Assembly: GCA_013265495.1 (NCBI GenBank)
Contig: MU058636.1
Location: 9,170,239-9,234,238 of the forward strand
Length of the DNA: 64,000 nt
Reading direction: 5' to 3'
From: Vicugna vicugna
Lineage: Eukaryota
Shown: positions 53,788 to 64,000 of the stretch, one piece after another
How positions within the stretch are numbered: position 1 is the stretch's first letter
How the letters are laid out: each line of letters starts with the position of its first letter
Notes under the pieces: model-generated
The model's database searches: none
The model's input: the letters and a program-made list of their open reading frames with translations, nothing else
Told to the model about the DNA's origin: nothing
Translations under genes and position numbers: made by a program

Positions 53788-54471
53788 CTAGTGAGGGGGG
53801 AAAGCACGGCAGTTAGGAAAAAGTCAGGTCAGCAGTCTCCTGGCAAAACAAAACACAATTTGTCTTTCAAAACATTTCGGCCTAAGAGGCCAACAACGCC
53901 CCAGCAGAGCAACCGCTACTGCACTAGCACGTGGCACACGAGGGAAATTTCTTCGCTTTAATAAATGCGGTGCCTGTGAAATTCCAAAGACAGATCCTGC
54001 CAAAGACTTTTATTTCAGTTGTAATCATCTCCAATGAAAGGCCATACCTTATCCTAAACAGAAATTCCTCCCTGGCCCAACCTAGGTTAATCCAAGATTT
54101 CCTATCTCGCCAATGTAACGCAAGAAGTCGAGTAGGTTTTGGAATCTCAGCTACTCAGGCACCTCCGACATCCTCCTGGGAACTCATCTCCTCATTCTTA
54201 CCCTCTTCTCTCCTCTTGGAAGAAACGAGCACTTATTCCTTTAGCATTTGGCATTCTGACAGCTCTAGAATGTAGACCGGAATTGTATGAATTCAGTAGC
54301 TCGGTCGCTTTGCCTTTGGAAATCCACAAATCTTTATCTTATATTGATAGAACTTACATAAGTAACAAAGAACATGCGGAGGGTCGGTCTCTAGAGAACT
54401 AGAGGTGCCAAAGCTAGGCCAAACGCTGTCCTCTTAGCTACAGAGAGAGAGAGCAAGCAAGTGCACCCACC

Positions 54472-54897
54472 CGAGGGAACTGGCCCCACGCCCCAGGGGC
54501 AGAGCAGACCCACTGGTGGGCAGGGACGGGGGAGCTCGGCCCCACGCCCCGGGAGCAGAGAGGGACCACTGGTGGTCAGGGACGGGGGAGCTCGGCCCCA
54601 CACCCCGGGAACAGAGAGGGACCACTGGTGGGCAGGGATGGGGGAGCTCGGCCCCATGCCCCGGGAGCAGAGAGGACCTACTGGTGGTCAGGGACGGGGG
54701 AGCTCGGCCCCATGCCCCGGGAGCAGAGAGGGACCACTGGTGGGCAGGGACGAGGGAGCTCGGCCCCACGCCCCAGACAGGGACGGGGGAGCTCGGCCCC
54801 ACGCCCCGGGAGCAGAGAGGGACCACTGGTGGGCAGGGATGAGGGAGCTCGGCCCCACGCCCCAGGAGCAGAGAGGACCCACTAGTGGGCAGGGACG
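54472..54897 (+). repeat. GC-rich minisatellite, 56-bp unit, about 7.5 copies, in PROSER1 intron 7
   Basis: Unit cagggacgggggagctcggccccacgccccgggagcagagagggaccactggtgg(g/t) starts at 54521, 54577, 54633, 54689, 54745 (33-bp truncated), 54778 and 54834, with degenerate or partial copies at both ends. Confidence 0.95.
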
Positions 54898-55472
54898 CAG
54901 ACTCTTCCCGGCTCTCACAATGGCAGTCCTGGATGAGGTGGTGGGTCCTGTGCAAGGATAATGATCCGTGACTATTTCGCTCTGAGCACCTGGCAGGGGA
55001 GTCCCGGTCAGTGGGCGGCAGGACTGCGAGGCGGCTGTGTGGGGACCTCTGGCACTTCAGCTCCAACACTCCTGCAACCCGTGGGGCTGTCTCTCCTGTG
55101 CAGTTTCTATCCCAGTCAATCCAATCACTCCCGTGAAAATACGCTCAACTTTCTGGCTCTGTTCTTATTAAACTAATACTAATACTAACTCAGCCACCGA
55201 GCCACGGTCTCAGTTAACGTGAACTCTCCAAACGAACAGACAAATGTGGCGGGAGAAAAAAACAAAAACAGTTCCACTGGTCTCACTTTACAATAAGACA
55301 TTAAACCTCAAAAGTGCCCTTAACATGAGGAACTAACTATACTACGTTTCCCTGTACCATTCATCCACTTCCCTGGAGCTTCTGGTAGACTTTAAGCTTC
55401 ACAGCACAAAAGTGAAATGTATGCTTTGAACAGACAGAAAACTAAATGTCAGAGTTAAGCCTTGTTTGATTA

Positions 55473-55574
<102 letters not shown>

Positions 55575-56080
55575 CTATTTAAAAAAGAAAGATAACTGAG
55601 ACTTGAAAAAAATAAAAGGCAAAAACAAATAAAACAAAAACACCCTCACTGCACTATGCTGAAGAAAAGGACGTAACTTGGTAGGAGTCTAAGGCCCTGG
55701 ATTGTAGACCCAGTCCTGCCCTGGCTGCGTGACCCTGATACAGTCCTTGACCCTCCTCTGCACGGAACGCTCAGAACAGGGACAGAAGTGGAAGGAAACA
55801 TGGGACACACGTGGATGACAGAAAAGCAGGATAAAGTACGTTCTAGTTTTCCCTGCACAAGGGGAGCACCCAGAGCTAGACCTCCAGGGCTACAGGATAT
55901 AATGCCCAAAGAATCCAAGAGTCCTTGTACACAGTTGGAAATAGGTGACAAAAAATGGTGTTTATAAGCATTAAGTGTGCAGCTCTACGGACCTCATTCA
56001 AGACTGCTATGATGAACAGATCAGAATACACTGCCCACTATTAGACTGTCTCCCTAGGAATGTGTGTTCTAAATGGTACC

Positions 56081-56575
56081 TGCTAGTATGGAAGCTGGCC
56101 TCCAAGATGGCCCCAGTGATCCTCACCTCCTACATGCCCTTGTGCAGCTCCCCCTGAATGAACAGGACTGAGCCCTGTGGTATACAGGATATCCCAGAAA
56201 TGAAGGCATTTGACTCCCAAGGCTGAGCCACAAGAGACGACACAGCTTCCACCGGCCTTCTCTGGGGCTATCTGCTCTGGCAGGAGTCAGCTGCCACGTC
56301 AGGAGGTCCTCACGCAGCACTATGGAAAAGTCCTTCCAGCCGAGAACAAGGACCTCCTGCCAGCAACCAACACTGATCTGCCAGGTGTGTAAGTGAACCA
56401 CCTTGGAAGCCTGGGCTTGCGCGCCAATCAAGCTTTCGGATGAGAAACCTGGAGCCAGAATCAGGCGGAGCCACGCCTAGATTACTGATTCAGAGAAACT
56501 GCGTGAGATATTAAGTGTTTACTGTTTCCATCCACTAAGTCTTAAAGTTATTTGTTACAGTGCAATAAAAATACA
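56081..56575 (+). mobile_element. MaLR LTR (MLT1-type)
   Basis: gctggcctccaagatggccccagtgatcctcacctcc...cagagaaactgcgtgagata...ccactaagtcttaaagttatttgttacagtgcaata. Confidence 0.75.
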
Positions 56576-56953
56576 CCATTCTTTGGAAAAGTTATTCTAC
56601 AGAGAAGTTAGAGGAAACTTGGATGAAATAAAAACATGTTTCTTACAGGACTTTTCAGAGCCTTTATTATGCAATGTGATGCTCCAGGGAGGAGACACTG
56701 CGTGCGGAGTTTCCCAAACAGACTTCACTGTGAAACTGAGGAATTACTACATGTAAATCAGTGCTTCTAAGACACTTGGAAAAACAAAACAAATTATCCT
56801 CTTTTCTGTTTGGCTTATTCTTCTGTACATTTTCCACAAATACTATAACATTGCTTAAGTATGAACTTTCATTCAGTGGTGAATCTATGAATTAAGTTGC
56901 TGACAGAGTAAAATTCCTTTCCTTTATAGAAGTATCATCAACTGGCATTTTTA

Positions 56954-57166
<213 letters not shown>

Positions 57167-58855
57167 TTAAAAAATAAATAAATACATAAACTCATAAAGT
57201 TAAGTATTCTGTATATTGAGAAGCCCTACAAACGAACATAAATTAAGGAACAGCATCCCAGTCAATCTGATCATACATCAGTCAGCACTTCCAGTGGTGA
57301 ATATGACCAACATTAGTAAGTAAAACCACTTCATTCAAGTGGAATTATTTAAATGGTATCATAATGTCTTTAATGTCATAAGTAACAGACTCCTATAGAA
57401 AGGTATCTTCACAACGGATTTTGTAAATTCTGTGTAAAAAAAAATCCATTCACTATTTAATATCTCATTTCTCCAATGACCAAGAAGTAATACTGTCCGA
57501 CTCTACAGACGCCAAGCTCATGCGACAGGCAAGGCAGTGTGAACAGACGTGAAAGAGACACGGTCTCTGCTCTGAAGAAGTTTATAACTTAGTGGGGAAA
57601 ACACAGACAAGTAACATGGGACACTGGGTGTCCAAGGAGCTTACTGCTGAAAAAGTTAAAACAGTGGTCTGGGTGCTGGTGGTCAATATATTGTTACATA
57701 ATCATGAGCTACACTGAGGGATGGGATCTTGGCCTGGCTCACTGATTACTGTATCCCCGGGTTCTACAATGGTACCCAACACAAACTGAATTAGTGCTCA
57801 TTATGTATGAAATAAGTGAAAAACACTATATTAGGTGACATATATTCCAATAAATCTATACTCTAGTGTAAGAATACCAAGTTATAAATGTATATATATA
57901 TGTGCTCTATACATATTTTACAAGTATGCATGATGTTATGCTTCATTGTAGAAGTATACTGACTTTATGAATTCATTCACAACACAATTAGCTATATAAT
58001 CCAGCTCCCTACTAAACATCCAACCCTAAAAATCACCTCAATTTTTAGCCATCATAAATGTAGCAGGATGAATGCCCTTATGTACGAATGTGTATTTTTC
58101 TACTTATTTCCTTAGAATAAATTCCTAGAAATAGAATTTTGAGGTCAAAAGGTATGAATATTTTAAAGGCTCTTCAGGTCTGCCTTTCAGAAAAGTTGTA
58201 CTAATTTACATGGATTAAAAAGCCTACTCTTCAGAATACTCGGACCCAGGTCACTTCTGAGACGGGAAGTGACACGGTCGGAAAGCTTCATAAGGAAGAA
58301 AAGGCCAGCAGTAAATACACGATGTCTTAAAGAATTCAGTCCAAAAAATCAGTGAAGAAGTTATTACTGTAAAGAAACGTGGGCTCAGATCTTGCCTTTG
58401 CTTTGCTAACTCGTGACGAAGGCAAGGTTCTCTCCTCTCCCTGACTTGGTGCAGGGCACGAGGACTGAGCCCGGCCGGGCTGCAGCTGCTCCTGCTACAG
58501 CAGGCTTCTAATCACCACCTCAGTTTCCAGCCACCACAGTCCTGAGAAATTACTGCCTTAGAGGACAAATCTAGTTTTCTAGGCTTGGACAAGTATCACT
58601 TCTCCACTCTTACAGATTTTAATGAACAAGCTAGAATTTTGCTTGATTATTCATCTCTTGTGAGTCAGATGAAAATTAGCCTGACGACCAGAGCCTTTAA
58701 ACAGCCATGCTCCTGATACGTCAATTAAAGACGGATGCTTGGAGCCACGGCAAAGCCACCGAGGGACGGAGAGCAAACACTTCAGGGGCTCAAGCCGAGG
58801 GGCCAGCTGGCTGCTCACTCTCCAGCCATCTCTTCGTCCTCTGGTGTCCCCGTCA

Positions 58856-59128
<273 letters not shown>

Positions 59129-60061
59129 TCATTTAAGAATCTGGACACACGTATTTAACACATAAATATGAGTAAGCTTTTCCCTGAGACATAATGGGAA
59201 TACTATGATTATTTAGTTTTCATTGGTGAATTAAGTAACACGTTTATCCATGTGTATCTAAAGATGGTAAATGTAACAACTGAACTGACATTCATCTGAC
59301 TACCTGAAAGTAACAAAGTAATACTATTATTAAAAATCACTATTTTGAGATTCTTGCAAATATACCCTCTCCATGAGTGTCAGGAGAGCTATTGGCAATG
59401 AAACAAACCCACGTGTTAAATGCATATAAGCCATAGCTGACCTAAAAGTGAAGTTTTGCCTTATGGTTTCTTTTAATTTTGTATTTTTCTGGTCATCTGT
59501 AAGTATAGAAAGGACCTAAAAATGCATGTGCTGTAAATAAACAGCAACTTACAGGCTCTTCCACTATGCAAGTCATCACACCCACTCCTCAAATCCCACG
59601 CCAGCTGCTTTCACATATCTTAACAGTATTTCAAGTTCACGCCCTGATTAAGCGGGTGAGATCCTTATTTTCACAATTGAAGAAAATAAGGTCCAGAAAG
59701 AGTAAGTACACATTAAGCCACAGAAATATGTTGTCAGAATGTGGAAAAACTCATCCAACCAGAAGTCCCTTTCCCGCCGAGCCTTTCAGGCCACTCAGAG
59801 TGGGCAGGCAGAGCCAGTCACCGAAATGTAGACAAATCAAAATAATCTCAGTAAGCCTCATTACTTTGTAAGTTATACCCACGTGCAGTGAGCCCCTAGC
59901 TACTTTGGTACAACAGTACAGCTCCATGCTTTCACAGCTTTTATCAGAGTTCCACTTACTAATATGATTCTGACCACATTAATACACACTGATGAGTTAA
60001 AAGATCTTTTTTAAGTCTTCCAAATTTTCTCCAATGAGATAAAAAGAAAAAGAAATACTTA

Positions 60062-60157
<96 letters not shown>

Positions 60158-62094
60158 CTATTAATACAAAAATAATTTTATTTTCATCATGAGACATTTT
60201 CATACAGAAATTACCTTTTGGGCTAAGTATAATTAAATATTCTTAATATAACTATTTGAGGTGAAAACTGCTTAATCAAAAGTAAACCCTAACGACCATG
60301 TGAACTAAAATTAGGCTTTTTCAACGTAACTAATTGAAGACCTAAGTTCTCCTGTGTGCTCTTTTTTATTCACCTTTCTCAATAGGGTCATCTACAGAAA
60401 AAAAGTGTACATGTACTACTTTCCTCAGAAAGGCTATATAAAAAGGGGATGTTTACAAATACGGGAGACACACTGCTTGAGAAGTTAGAGAAAACTGCGC
60501 TGTTCAGGTAGAGGGCCGGGGGGCCACAGCCAGCACTACTAGCAGAGGCCCTGCTGCTGAACAGCGCTACTCCAGTCACGGTGTCAGGGAAAAGATGGGT
60601 TAAACAGGTTTCTTTACTGCAGAGCTTTCTTAAGAGTCTCGTTAACGTGCACTGTGACACTCCAAGACTGCGTGGGATGTTGCATAATTTATTTGACCAG
60701 GGTACCTGTATTTTTGAAAAGCAAGTCAATTTATAGATTTACGTTAACAGTGGAGGAAATTCAAAAGCAAAGTCAAGGTAAGGAGACCAATTAGAACAAA
60801 CACTCAAGAGATTCCTAGAATTTGGAGTAGTTTTCAAACACTTTTTACTCCTATATCACCAAAAGAATTGGTAAAACGATATGCCCCTTTGTGTGATTTT
60901 AAACTGACATCCAAAATTTTTACCAGAAGATTGCATATTTGTAAAAGATAGGTTTCCTTGTATGTAAGTTTATTATATATTTGTGGAAAACTTGGAACTA
61001 CTGATCAAACTCACTTAATTTATGAAAATGTCCATATGTAACCTAATTGTTGAAGTCCAGTCTTCTGTATGAAAACAGTTAAGTCAGACTTACTCTGTCA
61101 GAAAAGGCTGGACTTAATTTAATTCAGAGAAGTGCACTAAGTTGTGCCTGTGCCACCTTCTCACCTCTGATTTTTAATTCTAAGGAAGGTGGACAGGCAG
61201 GCAGACCTCCGAGCTTTGCCATGAGTTTGTTGTCCTGATAAGACAAGGTCCCCATCATTATTTCTCGCTAAAGTTCTCTGCTTTGCTCCCCGTTTCAAGA
61301 GACTATTGTCTCTTTGGTCCTTGGAGAAAGATTTTCACCCCCAGCTGATGGTGGATGAGTAAGATAACCCTCTTTTTTGTTGTCGTTGTAAAAAAGAAAA
61401 AATGCAACTATTAAAAGGAAGAACTGACACCCAGACACTTTCTTAGGCAAATTCGTTTAGGAAGTCAAGAATCTGCCGTTTCCTCCAGGCTCCCAATGCC
61501 CGAGACTCCCAGGGAGCTTCCTACAGCTGGACCCCGTCTGATGGGGAGACCCCAGAAGAGCTGGGCTCCGTGGCTGAACGTCCCATTCAGCAGCCATGGG
61601 ACACGTGCGCCTGCTCACGTGGAAGTTAAATAACTCCTCAAACATGCCCTTCCTCTGACAGACTAGACACCTTTCAAGTGCACGAAAGTCACATCTAGCC
61701 AGTGGTTATTCATATTGGACAGAGCAGCTGTAAAATGTATCCATCATCACTGGAAGTTCATTTGGACAGTGCTGGTCTAAAAAATGTAAGTATATACAGG
61801 TCTGACTATTCTTCCAAGACTAAATACAAGAGGGTGAAGATATACAAAAATATAAGGAAGTAAATAAAAATACTTAAGAATTCAAATCCGATGTTCTGCT
61901 TGTTTACAGATATTTCCTACTCCAACGTGCCAGTTAGGATCCTGTACAATTTAATAGTACGGTGTGTACAATTTAAATTTACAGTTTGGGAAGTCTGAAT
62001 TTTTTAACACAGTTATTTTGAAGAATCAAAGTACGATGAAATTTAGGGTCAGTTTTTTTTAACGCAAACAAATTACAACTTGAGATGCATTCTA

Positions 62095-62241
<147 letters not shown>

Positions 62242-64000
62242 TCATTCAGCTCAAACGACAATGTGTTTGCAAACGTTCCTACAAGATTCATTTCTGCACT
62301 TTCAACTAGTGTTCAGAGTGTGCTTCCCGTGCCCGGATGATGAGGCATCAGCCTGACACCAGAGGTCAGCTGCCTTGTGCAGCTACTAAAATTTAGACCA
62401 ACTGAAGTCAAATCAAAGGAAAACTTCAGCGCCTTACTGGCACAAGCCACATCTGAAAGGCTCAACGGGCATACACAGCCTGCAGCGACCGTCCCGCCAG
62501 CACAGACAGCCTTGGTCAGCACTGGTCCAGCGGCAAAGGAAGGCATAGGGTGCAGGAAAAACAAAGTGCCTAAAGAAAAGGGAAGCTGGAAAAGTACTAG
62601 ATGGAGATAAAATGTCCGCTTAGGAATGTAAACATAAAGTATGAATGGAAAACTTTAAAAAATTTAGTGGAGAATGACAGTTTTAATCAATCACCAAGGG
62701 TGTTCAGCGGTGTGGTTTGGTGTAGGTCTACTAAGTTTTGCTCCTTTACCTGAATCTGGGGGACATACTACCCTTACTGAGACCCGATCTGGTCCCTAAA
62801 GATGTACTCTCACCATGAATCCCTCCAGCAGGTTCTAAATGGTAAGTCATTTTGACAGCACAGAGAGCCAGGCTCTCCCCCGCCCAGCATGGCCAGTGCA
62901 CTCCAGACAAGGGAGGGAGACGTCGCGCAGCAGCCAGTGATGGGGAGCAGGTGGCTCCATCCCAGCACTGATGTCGCTGCACGGTCACCACCAGCCTGTT
63001 CACTGCCTCCAAGGATGCCCCAGAAGGGAAAGAAAAAAAGACTCAAGATGAGAAGGTAATAAAATCTGGGTTAATGGATTTTTTTTTTTTACTGTGAATT
63101 CCTAAAAACGTGTTAAGGTTTCAATTATTCCACAAAGCAAGGTTAATGCTAGAAACAGGAGTGGTGTGTGAAGAAGAGTAATAATAGTTTTTGCTCCTTA
63201 CAGAAAGACTCACAAACAGCAAACAAGTTTTGTGTGCACTTTGTGTATAATTTGGTAAGAGTGCATGTCCTTACTTTTAAGGGCATAATGTTTTTACTAT
63301 ACATAGTAAATGCTAGCTGGGACTCCACCAACCACACAACTTCACGAACTATCATGTCTGAAATAGAGAGGAAAATCTTCAATGTAATAAATAGGATTCG
63401 AAGATCACACTTAGAAAGTAGCTTAACGAAACTTTTAAAGACTTTAGCAAAGTCGTTACATTTTTAGCAGTCATTAGGTTTCCACAATGGAAAATTTTCT
63501 ACAAAATTTCACATATACACACAGAAACACAAGAGAAGGAAATAAAAGCTATCTATCAGCTATGAGAAATTATCTATCTTTCTGAAACACTTAAATTCTA
63601 CAAAAGTATAAGGTAATTTTGAAAAGTAATGGGACAGCTGAAAAATACTCATTAAAGAGGCAGCACACATGCAAATCACAAAGTAGCTTTTAGGAATTCG
63701 GCAGAAAGAATTACAGGCTTAAAGTTACTCCAGTTTTGAAAGTCTTGAGAAACAGAGGAAAAGCTGGAGCATTTACTGACTCACTCTCTAGATTCACCCA
63801 CTGTCTCCCCTGTGTGCGTTCCCACCCTTTCCCAGAACTGTTCTCCAGATGTACATTTCTGTTTCTGTTCTATTTCTTTGTCAAGTGTTTTCCAAGTATC
63901 TCTTGGAAATGCAGCTTTCTCAGCATATGTGTGTGTACATATACATGCAAACCTATTTTTTTAAATCACTACACTCCCCCCAAAGCTAGGTGAAAGTTTC

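Noticed and set aside
54391..55069. Repetitive ORFs up to 211 aa and a CRISPR-like look of the array
   Set aside because: The units are head-to-tail with no unique spacers, there are no cas genes, and the context is a mammalian intron. The ORFs arise from the stop-poor 56-bp minisatellite.

Overview
This is mammalian genomic DNA, very probably camelid (camel, alpaca or llama), judged from two Ala-tRNA-derived vic-1-type SINEs. It covers the conserved FREM2-STOML3-PROSER1 block. (1) FREM2 on the + strand: last coding exon (930-1439) and a ~6 kb 3'UTR. (2) The complete 7-exon STOML3 on the - strand (ATG at 33130, stop at 14448; 876 nt, 291 aa; all introns GT-AG with consistent phases). (3) Exons 3-13 of PROSER1 on the - strand (62226 to the stop at 42671); exons 1-2 lie beyond the window end. 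The rest is intronic or intergenic and rich in L1 fragments, solo LTRs, MIR/MER elements and one 56-bp minisatellite. I found no new gene system, and nothing prokaryotic or CRISPR-like. The most interesting unexplained structures are small: a two-template insertion scar in PROSER1 intron 9 that copies a branch-point region and may create a cryptic acceptor; a probable L1 3' transduction bounded by a 16-bp TSD; a twin-primed inverted L1; an overlapping out-of-frame uORF on the STOML3 start codon; and strong local GC/CpG enrichment in the FREM2 last exon and PROSER1 exon 11. Gene identities, exon numbers and repeat family names come from recalled sequences, not from database searches.
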